Assembly: GCA_965214095.1 (NCBI GenBank)
Contig: OZ243938.1
Span: 4,928,001 to 4,992,000 of the forward strand
From: Candidatus Poribacteria bacterium
Lineage (GTDB): Bacteria > Poribacteria > WGA-4E > WGA-3G
Reading direction: 5' to 3'
Length of the DNA: 64,000 bases
This document shows, one piece after another, positions 1 to 10,060 of this stretch (its first letter is position 1; each line of letters begins with the position of its first letter). The position numbers and the translations under genes were made by a program. The notes beneath the pieces are model-generated. The model worked only from the letters and a program-made list of their open reading frames with translations, was not told the DNA's origin and made no database searches.

Positions 1-510
1 ATAACAAAAATTGGGAAGGCATTGAAAGAATTCCATCAATTAGGATTGATTGAAAAACCAAATACAAGAATACACATAGCACAAGCAGAAGGTTGCGGTC
101 CAATTGTCAATGCTTTCAAGGAAAACAGTGATTTTGTCAAACCAGTGAAACCTGATACAATAGCAAAGTCTCTCGCTATTGGCAATCCTGCCGATGGTAT
201 ATATGCAGTGAATACCGTACGTAATTCTGGTGGTATCGGTGAACATGCAAATGATGAAGAAATCGTTGAAGCAATTAAACTCCTTGCTGCCACAGAAGGC
301 ATTTTCACAGAAACTGCTGGCGGTGTCACACTTGCTGCAACAAAAAAACTTATTGATGATGGACACATCGCAAGAGATGAACGGATTGTTGTAGCAATTA
401 CAGGTAACGGTTTCAAGACAATTGAAGCACTTGAAAACAAGACAGATGATCCACATATTATTGCCCCACAACTCAATGCATTTCGGAAACTGATGACAAA
501 TATTGAGTAA
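1..510 (+). CDS. thrC: Threonine synthase, C-terminal part (5' end lies outside the window)
   Basis: Frame open from base 1; PLP fold-II motifs AQAEGCGPI, TIAKSLAIGNPADG, EGIFTETAGG, ITGNGFK. Confidence 0.85.
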   Translation: MTKIGKALKEFHQLGLIEKPNTRIHIAQAEGCGPIVNAFKENSDFVKPVKPDTIAKSLAIGNPADGIYAVNTVRNSGGIGEHANDEEIVEAIKLLAATEGIFTETAGGVTLAATKKLIDDGHIARDERIVVAITGNGFKTIEALENKTDDPHIIAPQLNAFRKLMTNIE

Positions 511-537
511 ACCGTTGACATTAACCAAAACGCGTTT

Positions 538-559
538 GTAGTCGCGCAATTCATTGCGC
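538..559 (+). repeat. GTAG-type REP-like hairpin (GTAGTCGCGCAATTCATTGCGC family)
   Basis: Same core at 38326, 61660, inverted at 44669-44691 and degenerate near 21568. Confidence 0.7.
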
Positions 560-674
560 CTCGGACATTCACTGGCATGCGAAGGTTCATAACCTTGACA
601 GTTCACAGTGTCAAATTAAATCTAAATTCTACTATATGTTCTAAACCTTATAGCAACGCTTAGAGGATAATAGC

Positions 675-1241
675 GTGTCTCAAATGGAAACACACGAACT
701 TTCACAAGATTTATCCAGACAACATGCCACAATGACTTTAGATGAATTTCTTGAGGATGATGTGGAAGGGTATGAATACGTTAAAGGGGAATTAATTCCG
801 ATGGCTGCAGCGTCAATGAGACATGGTAAAATTAGCGTTAATATCCTAAGGTATTTAGATCCGATAGTCTACGATAACAAACTTGGCGAATTATATACTG
901 CTGAAACTTCGTTTAAAGTTGGTGAAAGAGTGCTAAAACCAGATATAGCCTTTATTTCAAAAGAACGGATAACAGGTGACCCAGATAAAGGTTCACCTAT
1001 ACCCCCTGACCTTGCAATTGAGGTGGTTTCACCTACTGATATTCAATCACATATCGTTGGAAAAGCACTTGCTTATTTAGACGCAGGAACACGATGTGTT
1101 TGGGTGGTAGAACCTGTTTCAAGAACTGTCACAGTGTATAAGTCCGAGACAGACATAAAAACACTAACACGTGATGACACCCTCACTGGAGACGATATAG
1201 TTCCCGATTTCTCCTGTCCAGTTGAACTATTGTTTGAGTAA
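675..1241 (+). CDS. Uma2 family (PD-(D/E)xK) putative restriction endonuclease
   Basis: Motifs YEYVKGEL, KPDIAF, PDLAIEVVSP, YLDAG, VWVVEP; AGAGGA RBS before the GTG start. Confidence 0.9.
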   Translation: MSQMETHELSQDLSRQHATMTLDEFLEDDVEGYEYVKGELIPMAAASMRHGKISVNILRYLDPIVYDNKLGELYTAETSFKVGERVLKPDIAFISKERITGDPDKGSPIPPDLAIEVVSPTDIQSHIVGKALAYLDAGTRCVWVVEPVSRTVTVYKSETDIKTLTRDDTLTGDDIVPDFSCPVELLFE

Positions 1242-1251
1242 TGGTAAAAAC

Positions 1252-3576
1252 ATGGAAACACTAAGTGGTATTCTGGAACGTATTGTATATGAAAACGCCG
1301 ACAGCGGTTATACTGTCGGCAGGTTTTCTGCATACGGTCATCCTGAACTCGTAACGATAGTCGGAAATCTCGCATCGGTCAATGCAGGTGAGAGTCTACT
1401 GCTGAGTGGAGAATGGACAAACAACCCAAAATATGGTCCGCAATTCCAAATTGATAGATATGAAACCATCCAACCCGCAAATGTTCTTGGTATTAGAAAA
1501 TACCTCGGTTCAGGTATGATTAAAGGTATCGGACCAAAGATGGCAACACGTATCGTTAGTAAGTTTGGGATGGATACAATTGATGTTATTGAACAAACTC
1601 CAGAGAAATTGGCAGGTGTACCAGGAATTGGTAATAAACGTGTGGAGATGATACAACAAGCGTGGGAGGAACAACGCGAAATAAAAAATGTGATGCTATT
1701 TTTACAATCACACAATGTTAACACAGCCCATGCCACTAAGATATACAAGACATATCAGAATGAATCTATCCCCATTGTAACTTCAAACCCCTACCGTCTT
1801 GCAGATGATATTTACGGTATCGGTTTTGTCACCGCTGATACAATTGCACAAAGTCTTGGCATTGACAGAAATAGTCCACACCGACTCCAAGCAGGAATAA
1901 AATATGTACTTAGTCAAAAAGCCGATGAAGGACATGTCTTCCAACATCCTACTGACCTCATAGAGGCATGTGAAGAGATACTTCAACAGGATCCGCATAC
2001 AATTGAGTTAGGTGTCCTGGCTCTATACCAGAAGGAAGAGGTATTTCTAACATCTCAGAATGGTCAAGTGGAAATCCTTGCTGAAGAAGCCGCTGTGGAC
2101 AATTGGCTCAATAGTTCAACAAACAAAACAATGACTGAGTCAGAAAACATATATGTAGAAACCTGTGATCAAACTGACGAACTTCCAGATGAAGATATCC
2201 CAGACCATGCTTTCAAAGTTGATGAAAAAAGTGCAGTCTATCTTGCACCATTTTACTACGCTGAGATAGGAGTTGTGAACCAATTTCAGCGACTACTCTC
2301 AAGTGAAAGACGATATGCCAGTCGTTCAGACATCTCCAAATCATTAACACAGTTAGAAATTGAGATGGATATACAATTTGCATCTCAACAGAAAGAGGCA
2401 ATTCTTGCTGCCCTAACAGAACGTGCATTGATTCTCACTGGAGGTCCAGGAACTGGCAAAACCACAACGACAATAGGAATACTTCGACTGTTTGAAACTG
2501 ATAATAGACATGTCGTTTTAGCTGCACCAACAGGACGGGCAGCGAAAAGACTCAGTGAAACCACAGACAGAGAAGCAAAAACAATACACCGACTACTGGA
2601 ATTTTCGCCACACGAAAACGGCTTCAAGCGAAATCGTGAGAACCCATTAGAGGCTGATGTGGTCATTATTGATGAAATGTCAATGGTGGATATAGTATTG
2701 ATGAACCGACTGATGCAGGCAATACCTACACATGCAACCGTAGTTCTCATCGGGGACACAGATCAACTTCCATCTGTTGGGGCAGGAAATGTGCTAAAAG
2801 GATTAATAGAATCAAAAGTGATACCTGTCGTCACACTCACAGAAATCTTTCGACAAGCACAACAAAGCATGATTGTCACCAACGCACATCTGATTAATAC
2901 TGGTCAAATTCCCGATCTATCTGGTCCAAATGATCGCAACTTTTTCTTTATAGAAGAAGAGGACCCAGAGGAAATCCTCAATCTCGTCACCTCGGTTATT
3001 TCTGACCGACTTCCCAAGCACTACAACTTCCATCCTATTGACGATATTCAATTGCTATGTCCAATGAGACGTGGTATACTCGGGACAGAGAATTTCAACA
3101 AATGTCTTCAAGATGTACTAAATCCTTATTCAGAACAAGCCATCAGAGGATGGCAAACATTCCGAACTGGCGATAAGGTCATGCAAATTCGCAACAATTA
3201 CGATTATGATGTATTCAACGGCGATATAGGCCGAATCGTTGAAATTGATCAGATTGAGAAAATGTTGGCAATACGTTTTGCTGATAAACAGGTCGTTTAT
3301 GATATGGCAGACCTCAATGAACTTGTCCTTGCTTATGCAACTACCATCCACAAAGCGCAAGGAAGCGAATATCCTGTCGTCGTAATACCCATACATACGC
3401 AACATTATATAATGCTACAACGAAATTTACTCTATACCGGTATCACGCGGGCAAAGGAAATGGTTGTAATAGTGGGTACAAAACAGGCACTCAATATTTG
3501 CATACGCAATAATCAGGTAATGAAACGAAACAGCTATCTTTCCGAACGTTTACAAGATGCAACTTACAATGTCTAA
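1252..3576 (+). CDS. recD2: ATP-dependent RecD2-like DNA helicase
   Basis: N-terminal OB/HhH region (KGIGPK, PGIG), NPYRL, Walker A GGPGTGKT, DEMSMVD, GDTDQLPSVGAG, TIHKAQGSEY; ATG at 1252 preferred. Confidence 0.92.
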   Translation: METLSGILERIVYENADSGYTVGRFSAYGHPELVTIVGNLASVNAGESLLLSGEWTNNPKYGPQFQIDRYETIQPANVLGIRKYLGSGMIKGIGPKMATRIVSKFGMDTIDVIEQTPEKLAGVPGIGNKRVEMIQQAWEEQREIKNVMLFLQSHNVNTAHATKIYKTYQNESIPIVTSNPYRLADDIYGIGFVTADTIAQSLGIDRNSPHRLQAGIKYVLSQKADEGHVFQHPTDLIEACEEILQQDPHTIELGVLALYQKEEVFLTSQNGQVEILAEEAAVDNWLNSSTNKTMTESENIYVETCDQTDELPDEDIPDHAFKVDEKSAVYLAPFYYAEIGVVNQFQRLLSSERRYASRSDISKSLTQLEIEMDIQFASQQKEAILAALTERALILTGGPGTGKTTTTIGILRLFETDNRHVVLAAPTGRAAKRLSETTDREAKTIHRLLEFSPHENGFKRNRENPLEADVVIIDEMSMVDIVLMNRLMQAIPTHATVVLIGDTDQLPSVGAGNVLKGLIESKVIPVVTLTEIFRQAQQSMIVTNAHLINTGQIPDLSGPNDRNFFFIEEEDPEEILNLVTSVISDRLPKHYNFHPIDDIQLLCPMRRGILGTENFNKCLQDVLNPYSEQAIRGWQTFRTGDKVMQIRNNYDYDVFNGDIGRIVEIDQIEKMLAIRFADKQVVYDMADLNELVLAYATTIHKAQGSEYPVVVIPIHTQHYIMLQRNLLYTGITRAKEMVVIVGTKQALNICIRNNQVMKRNSYLSERLQDATYNV

Positions 3577-3634
3577 CAACAACTATAGTATCATTAGATA
3601 CAACTTAAATGGAAAAACAATTAGGAGTTCCAAT

Positions 3635-5173
3635 ATGAAGATACTTATTTTGGTTCTAATAAGTTCAATACTATTCTTATCTCAAACTGCCGCCTTCGCT
3701 GAAGTCCGTTTACCGAGAGTATTCGGCAACAACATGGTAATACAACGGGATATGCCTGCGCCAATATGGGGTTGGGCTGCCCCAAATGAAGCAATCACTA
3801 TTTCTGTTCTTAGACAGGATGTTGAAAGTGAAGTTGACACATACATAGTTAAAACAGATGAAAAAGGAAATTGGAGAACTACACTTAAAGCTACACCAGC
3901 AGGGGGTCCATATAAAATTGAGATTTCCGGTGAAAATACCATTGAATTATCAGATATTCTCTTCGGTGAAGTGTGGGTATGTTCGGGGCAATCAAACATG
4001 GCGTGGTCTGTCAACACTTCAAATAACAGTGAGGAGGAGATCGCCGCAGCAAACTATCCAAATATCCGTCTGTTTCATATCCCTCAAAGGGCATCTGGTT
4101 TACCTGTAGCAGACGTGCACGCTGAATGGCGACCAACGACACCAGACAGTGTCAGACATTTCTCTGCTGTTGCTTATTACTTCGGTAGACACGTGCACAA
4201 AGAACTTGATATACCCATCGGTTTAATCAACTCAGCTTGGGGTGGAACACGCATTGAAGCTTGGACTGCACCTGAAGGATTTGATGCAATTCCAAAACTA
4301 TCTGCTATTTCAGAAGAAATCCACGACATCAATAAAAACTATCGTAGGCAGCTACCTGAAAAAATGATAGCAATTGAAGAATGGATTGCAGAAACACGTG
4401 AAGCATTGGAGAACGACGGTATCATATATAAGATGCCTGAGAATCAACACGCCTTAAATCCACATAATAGACCAACTGCGCTCTATAACCACATGATATA
4501 TCCCATCGTGCCTTTTGCCATTCGCGGTGCATTATGGTATCAAGGTGAGTCCAATATGAAAGAAGGGATGATGTATCATGAGAAAATGAAGGGACTAATC
4601 AAGGGATGGCGTGAGATATGGAAACAAGGTGATTTCCCCTTCTATTTTGTACAACTTGCACCTTGGGGTGGTTATGATAGGGATGATCCGACCCATCTAC
4701 CCCAAATATGGGAAGCACAATCAGCCACATTAGAATTGCCGAATACTGGCATGGTTGTTACAACTGACATTGGTAACATCAGAGATATTCATCCCAGAAA
4801 CAAGCAGGATGTCGGTCTAAGGCTTGCGTTCTGGGCACTTGCGAAAACTTACGGGAAAGACGATCTTGTTTGTTCCGGTCCTCTATATAAATCTATGGAG
4901 ATTGAAGGAAACTCAATCCGTCTTCATTTTGAGCATGTTGGTAGTGGGTTAGTGTCACGAGATGGCGAACCGTTGTCATGGGTTCAAATCGCAGGTGAAG
5001 ATAAGCAGTTCGTGGATGCTGTCGCTGTGATAGATGGCGATACGGTCGTTGTATCAAGCGATGCGGTTGAGTCACCTGTTGCAGTGCGATTAGGATGGAA
5101 TCAAATCGCAGAACCCAATCTTATGAATAAAGAGGGACTACCAGTATCTCCCTTCCGTACAGACACATGGTAG
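3635..5173 (+). CDS. Secreted sialate O-acetylesterase (SASA domain)
   Basis: Signal peptide; GEVWVCSGQSNM, WYQGESN, IHPRNKQDVG; AGGAG RBS before ATG 3635. Confidence 0.88.
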   Translation: MKILILVLISSILFLSQTAAFAEVRLPRVFGNNMVIQRDMPAPIWGWAAPNEAITISVLRQDVESEVDTYIVKTDEKGNWRTTLKATPAGGPYKIEISGENTIELSDILFGEVWVCSGQSNMAWSVNTSNNSEEEIAAANYPNIRLFHIPQRASGLPVADVHAEWRPTTPDSVRHFSAVAYYFGRHVHKELDIPIGLINSAWGGTRIEAWTAPEGFDAIPKLSAISEEIHDINKNYRRQLPEKMIAIEEWIAETREALENDGIIYKMPENQHALNPHNRPTALYNHMIYPIVPFAIRGALWYQGESNMKEGMMYHEKMKGLIKGWREIWKQGDFPFYFVQLAPWGGYDRDDPTHLPQIWEAQSATLELPNTGMVVTTDIGNIRDIHPRNKQDVGLRLAFWALAKTYGKDDLVCSGPLYKSMEIEGNSIRLHFEHVGSGLVSRDGEPLSWVQIAGEDKQFVDAVAVIDGDTVVVSSDAVESPVAVRLGWNQIAEPNLMNKEGLPVSPFRTDTW

Positions 5174-5196
5174 AAGCAATAATAAACGATTAACTT

Positions 5197-5221
5197 GTAG
5201 GCGCGCTTTGTTAGCGCGCCT
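5197..5221 (+). repeat. GTAG REP-like hairpin, possibly also a terminator
   Basis: GTAGGCGCGCTTTGTTAGCGCGCCT just after the 5173 stop. Confidence 0.5.
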
Positions 5222-5229
5222 ATTTCTGT

Positions 5230-5423
5230 TATAGTAAAAACCATAATTATTCACACACGACGGTAGGTTCGGTTTCCTAACCGAACCGGTGTTTGTTCTG
5301 TATTATTTACACACGACGGTAGGTTCGGTTTCCTAACCGAACCGGTGTTTGTTCTGTCTCATAGATGCGATTAGGAAACAGCATCTACCAGAGAGTGTGC
5401 ACGTATTTTTACATTTCACTATA
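5230..5423. mobile_element. MITE-like element with TATAGT...ACTATA ends, carrying a tandem-duplicated GTAG-REP arm and an inverted REP
   Basis: Two ~56-bp copies of ACACGACGGTAGGTTCGGTTTCCTAACCGAACCGGTGTTTGTTCTGT plus an inverted variant; ends resemble 47192-47332 and 61356-61458. Confidence 0.65.
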
Positions 5424-5443
5424 AATACTAAGTAATCCAGAAT

Positions 5444-6382
5444 CTATGCCGCTAATGCAGCAAATATAGCCTTAATGTAACCAACAGAATACGCCAATCC
5501 AACGTTACCCTCTAACCTTGGAATGTGGTCAGCATTGATACAGCCATCAAAACCAACTTTCTGAAGTTCACGCACAATTTTGAACATGTTCATATCACCA
5601 TCATCAAGGAGAGTCTCCTCAAAAGCACCTGCAGTTGCAAGACTGCCACGCACATTCCTTAGATGAACCATAAAGATACGACCTTTACGACCATAGTTAT
5701 TTATCTCATCAAGAACGATAGCACTGCCACCAGCTTCTGCACGTGTTCCACAACAGTATAAATAACCAACGTTTCTACTTGGAAAAGCATCAATCACTCG
5801 ATGAAAACCCAAACTACCCAAAGGTGTATCAGGATTCGGCACATCAGATGGATGTATTGCCAACTTTATATCGTGTTCATCCGCAATGGGTACTAATGCT
5901 CCGTAGACTTCACAGAAACGTTTCCACCATTCATCAAGTTCTTCCATTGTTGGTGTATTTGGTGGGTTTTTCGTGGCTGCACGACTCTCTCCTCGTGAGA
6001 TGTATCCGCCACGATGCACAGCAGAATAACGTGTCATCAAATAACCGAATGTATCACCCCAGAACCTTTGTCGTGCGATTGGTACCCCTGCTTCAGCGAA
6101 TACTTTCAAAGCGTTGCATGTATTCTCAAGTTCTTTCTCACCGCCAGATTGCCCTTTCATAAACTTCTCTGTAATGTTTGGCAGTGTTACGCGGTTGATA
6201 TCCAAACCATAAGAACGAATCAGTTTCCTCATTTTCAACAGTTCGTCTAAATCTGGATACCCTTGTTCTTTGACACCTGGGAAAGATCCATCGTTTCCAA
6301 AATCGATACAATCTGCCCCAAGTTGTGTGACTTGTTTCAGATAGGCTTCAGATAAACCACCGTCCCACACAGATACTTTCAT
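5444..6382 (-). CDS. uxuA: Mannonate dehydratase family protein
   Basis: LAIHPSDVP, YCCGT, FMVHLRNVRG, FEETLLDDGDMNM, ADHIP, AYSVGYIK. Confidence 0.75.
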   Translation of the reverse strand: MKVSVWDGGLSEAYLKQVTQLGADCIDFGNDGSFPGVKEQGYPDLDELLKMRKLIRSYGLDINRVTLPNITEKFMKGQSGGEKELENTCNALKVFAEAGVPIARQRFWGDTFGYLMTRYSAVHRGGYISRGESRAATKNPPNTPTMEELDEWWKRFCEVYGALVPIADEHDIKLAIHPSDVPNPDTPLGSLGFHRVIDAFPSRNVGYLYCCGTRAEAGGSAIVLDEINNYGRKGRIFMVHLRNVRGSLATAGAFEETLLDDGDMNMFKIVRELQKVGFDGCINADHIPRLEGNVGLAYSVGYIKAIFAALAA

Positions 6383-6392
6383 ACATTCTCCT

Positions 6393-7421
6393 TTACAAAG
6401 GTAATGACACCGGTTGACCAGTTTCTACGGATTGATACGCTGCAAGTGCGATTTCAACAGCAGCACGACCATCTTTCCCTGTAATCGGTGGAACTGTCTC
6501 ATTGCGAATGGAATTTACAAATGCTCGTATTTCCTGTTGTACTGGCGGTGGCACTTTAATATCTCCAATTCGGATACTTCTGCCTTCCTGTTCAAAAGGT
6601 TTAATCTGAATGGAGGCATCACCACCCCATATTTGAGGGAAATAGATGCTACCTTTTTCGCAGTCTACACGTCCACCATATCCACCAACTGCAGCTGCAT
6701 GACTGGAATGGAGTAATCCAACTGCACCATTTTCAAATTTCAACGAAGCAAGCACAACATCTGGATAGTCAGTTTCTTTTTGAACAAACTTCCCACCCGC
6801 ACCAAAGACTGAGACAACTTCTCCACATGTCCACCGCATAAAATCTATCTCATGTGCATTGATTTCCATGAGACTTCCACCGGATTTGGCACGTTCTAAC
6901 CGCCATGGGGTCCGATTCCCACCACGCCAAGGTCCGCCGATGCGATGAACCATCATATTGACTGGTGCACCAAGTTCTCCGCTATGTACTATTTCTCGGA
7001 CTTTGGAATGCGTTGCATGATAACGACAAACCAACCCAATTGTCAGATACACATCATTCTCAGCAGCAGCACTGATCATTGCATCACAATCTTCTAATGT
7101 TGGAGCCATCGGTTTTTCAGAAAATACATGCTTGCCAGCATTCGCAGCATTAACCGCCATCTGTGCATGTAGAAATGGAGGTGAAGCAATAAGCACCGCA
7201 CGGATATTGTCATTTGCAAGTAGTTCATGATAATCGGTAGTATATTCTGTGCCGAGATTATCAGCTGCAGCTTTTGCCAAGTCCTTCTGCAGGTCACTGA
7301 CAGATATAATTTTAATTCCTTCAACAGCGTTTGCCCCATTTGCCAGGCTTCTTCCCATACCACCGCAACCGATTACGCCGATGCCGATGGTCTCCATGGA
7401 TTGTGCTTCATCAATTTGCAA
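6393..7421 (-). CDS. Gfo/Idh/MocA family oxidoreductase
   Basis: GVIGCGGMG, EKPM, GGSLMEINAHEID; GGAGG RBS before the TTG start. Confidence 0.9.
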   Translation of the reverse strand: MQIDEAQSMETIGIGVIGCGGMGRSLANGANAVEGIKIISVSDLQKDLAKAAADNLGTEYTTDYHELLANDNIRAVLIASPPFLHAQMAVNAANAGKHVFSEKPMAPTLEDCDAMISAAAENDVYLTIGLVCRYHATHSKVREIVHSGELGAPVNMMVHRIGGPWRGGNRTPWRLERAKSGGSLMEINAHEIDFMRWTCGEVVSVFGAGGKFVQKETDYPDVVLASLKFENGAVGLLHSSHAAAVGGYGGRVDCEKGSIYFPQIWGGDASIQIKPFEQEGRSIRIGDIKVPPPVQQEIRAFVNSIRNETVPPITGKDGRAAVEIALAAYQSVETGQPVSLPL

Positions 7422-7425
7422 GCTT

Positions 7426-8262
7426 TTACCTCCGTCGTGCTTTAATTTGTCCCCAAGTTACACTCAAATGATTTGATGTCGGACTCACATCAAGTCCTTC
7501 TGCATTCATGTTATTTTTAACTTCAGCCGCAGTCAGTGCCCTGTCATAAACGCGAAATTCGTCAAGATATCCTTGGATAGCATCCTCATTAACACCATCT
7601 GACCTGTCACCAATACCTAACAAAAGACCACCGGCAGGGATTGTACCAGCAGCAACAGTATGATCTATCGCAAGTTTACCATCAACATAATAACTAACAT
7701 TTGAACCATCATAAGTGCCAACAATATGAATCCATTTTCCAACAGGTATATCTTCCTGAATGAGATGTTGACCTGCATTCGTTGCCTTACCACCGGCTTT
7801 GACAAAAAACCCGTGTCGATTGTCATCATCGTCGTAATATAGGGTGACAACTTTAGAATTTGTGGGTTGATCATCAAGTGAAATGATACGGTTCCAACTA
7901 TCATCTAAAGCGTTGATTTTGACCCAACATTCTAAAGAGATTTCATCCCAATCTCGGTCAATCTTCGGAGGATCAGAATCCTCAACAAGAAAATAGTCAT
8001 CAAATCCGTCAAGTAAAACGCATTCTCCGACCACACAATCTGCTGCAGAAGCAAGTTCAGGATCACCATCAACTATTGCCTTTAAACCTGAAAAAACATC
8101 CTCTGCCTGTTTATCGATTTGCACAGTATCACTATCAAATGACCAATATGCAACTAAACCGTCTTCAACCGCACCTTTTACCGCATAAACTGGTTGCATA
8201 ATCACTATTGAAAATACAAATAGTATCAAAATAGTGGTGTATATATGAATCTTAGCGAACAT
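7426..8262 (-). CDS. Secreted LamG-like jellyroll protein with C-terminal TWGQIK tail
   Basis: Signal peptide, GLVAYWSFD, WIHIVGTYDG, GYLDEFRVYDRALT. Confidence 0.85.
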   Translation of the reverse strand: MFAKIHIYTTILILFVFSIVIMQPVYAVKGAVEDGLVAYWSFDSDTVQIDKQAEDVFSGLKAIVDGDPELASAADCVVGECVLLDGFDDYFLVEDSDPPKIDRDWDEISLECWVKINALDDSWNRIISLDDQPTNSKVVTLYYDDDDNRHGFFVKAGGKATNAGQHLIQEDIPVGKWIHIVGTYDGSNVSYYVDGKLAIDHTVAAGTIPAGGLLLGIGDRSDGVNEDAIQGYLDEFRVYDRALTAAEVKNNMNAEGLDVSPTSNHLSVTWGQIKARRR

Positions 8263-8404
8263 GATGTCTCCCATTATGGTTAGGCTTGCTAAACACATTA
8301 ATGCATCCAACAAGCCAAATTAAGAATTGCAAACTCAGTTGTAAGATTTACAATCTTGATATTCAAACACAGTTCTCGTAAATACAATTCTGGTATTTCA
8401 CCAA

Positions 8405-9796
8405 CTAAAATACATCACGCATAGCGCGTCTACGGGCATCGGCACGATCACGCTCCGTTTCTGCGTCAGACTGACCATCAGGCTGGTCTGCAAAGATGGA
8501 TACATATTGCGATGCTTCACCTTTACGTTTGAAGATACGGAAATAATCAAAACGGGTCAGGGTCGGTGGAATATTACCAGGACAGAGTGCATGTAATCCT
8601 ACTTCTACTCTGGGACCCAATGCAATACGCGTAATTCCTACCCCTTTCCAATGGATTCCATCTTGACTTGCAAAAGAAGAGATCTGATTACCACGTCTCT
8701 CTAATCGTAAGAATAGTTCTCTTACGTTCTGCATTCCTCCACGTCCAACAAGGTGGAAACGTCTATTGGCGTGTCTTTCAAAACGAACATCTCCACGGAA
8801 AGCGTGTGGTCCAGAGGTCTTCTCTAATCGCACAAACTGGTTTTCATTCTTCCAGATAATTATACCACCGTGTTCCCGTAATTGTGGGGAGACTCGCAAC
8901 CGGGTTTCAATTGCAAAGTCTTCTGTCACTGCCATGAGTAGCCTTGGGGCAGTCATATCGCCACCACGTCCGTTCGGACCGTGCCATAGGTCTTGCCCTG
9001 GATCTGTCCGCATTTCAAGGTAACCTTGACGTTCAGCCCATCCACCACCACCTTGAGGGTCTTCCCATCGCCATTCTGGACGCATATCGTTACCGATGAA
9101 TTCGTCTTCAAACACTAATTCAGTGAATTCACCTGACGATGCCCAGCCTTCTATCTTTATAGCGGATATTGAATCTCCAAAACTTTGCGGCAACAGATGT
9201 AAGTTAGGCAATTCCTTTTTGAATTCGGAAGGTTCCATTCGAATGGATAACTTTGCCCCTTCAAAATCCGGATGTTCATAAAATACAACCTCAGCACCAT
9301 CGGGTGGGAAATCCGGTCCCTTAAATATACGAATTGACGAGATTCTATCTTCAAACCAAGTGCCACCTTGCGGTGTTCTCAGGTTGGCAATATCACGTAG
9401 GATTGTAATCTTTCTACCTTTATATTCTACGTGTTCATAGCAATCCACGATCATCGGTATTGTTCCCCATTCAGGTCCTACAACATCTATTGTTGAACCG
9501 AAATTGATAGAGGATACCCTATCTGCAAAGTTGAATGCTACATCATGTAAGTTGGGGTAAAAACCTGGTCCGAGCGCAAGTTTCTTACCTTTATAGTTGA
9601 CATGTTGGTATAATATTGCTTTGTAATTTGGACTTCCAGAAAAATTGGGTCCCTTATAAATCTTTAGCGAGGAGATATTGTCTTGAAATCCAATACGTCC
9701 TGTATGCGGCACAGGTTCTAAGACATATCCCATCCTTCCACGAAAATTGGTGTGTTGAAACACCTCTACTATCAGACGGGGAATTACAACTGGCAT
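8405..9796 (-). CDS. Beta/gamma-crystallin repeat protein fused to a ConA-like (DUF1349-type) domain
   Basis: Four (F/Y)xHxx(F/Y)xG...D-x-(I/V)-S-(S/A) Greek-key motifs, then APRLL...FASQDGIHW jellyroll region. Confidence 0.75.
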   Translation of the reverse strand: MPVVIPRLIVEVFQHTNFRGRMGYVLEPVPHTGRIGFQDNISSLKIYKGPNFSGSPNYKAILYQHVNYKGKKLALGPGFYPNLHDVAFNFADRVSSINFGSTIDVVGPEWGTIPMIVDCYEHVEYKGRKITILRDIANLRTPQGGTWFEDRISSIRIFKGPDFPPDGAEVVFYEHPDFEGAKLSIRMEPSEFKKELPNLHLLPQSFGDSISAIKIEGWASSGEFTELVFEDEFIGNDMRPEWRWEDPQGGGGWAERQGYLEMRTDPGQDLWHGPNGRGGDMTAPRLLMAVTEDFAIETRLRVSPQLREHGGIIIWKNENQFVRLEKTSGPHAFRGDVRFERHANRRFHLVGRGGMQNVRELFLRLERRGNQISSFASQDGIHWKGVGITRIALGPRVEVGLHALCPGNIPPTLTRFDYFRIFKRKGEASQYVSIFADQPDGQSDAETERDRADARRRAMRDVF

Positions 9797-10060
9797 TTCT
9801 TTCTCCTATTGGTTGGTATTCTCATTATCTAATTGACATTCATGAGTTCAAGTGATTTCCAAATGTGATCTGTAATATGACAGAACACTAAGACTGAAAT
9901 GAAGATATTAAGAAAATCTAAAAAATATGCCTATCTGGGCTTTCTACGATGTTTTAGTACTTACTTGTTTATCACTGATTGAAATAGGTTCTAATGGTAT
10001 TAGAACTATAACAATATTCAGGATTTACAAACTGTTTTTACAAAGATTTGTCTTCATATT

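Noticed and set aside
36-606. Long minus-strand ORFs over thrC, and similar overlapping ORFs throughout the track
   Set aside because: Antisense or off-frame shadows of well-supported genes, with no recognisable motifs.
2050-2230. Intein in RecD2
   Set aside because: Only a ~55-aa acidic loop, without intein terminal motifs.
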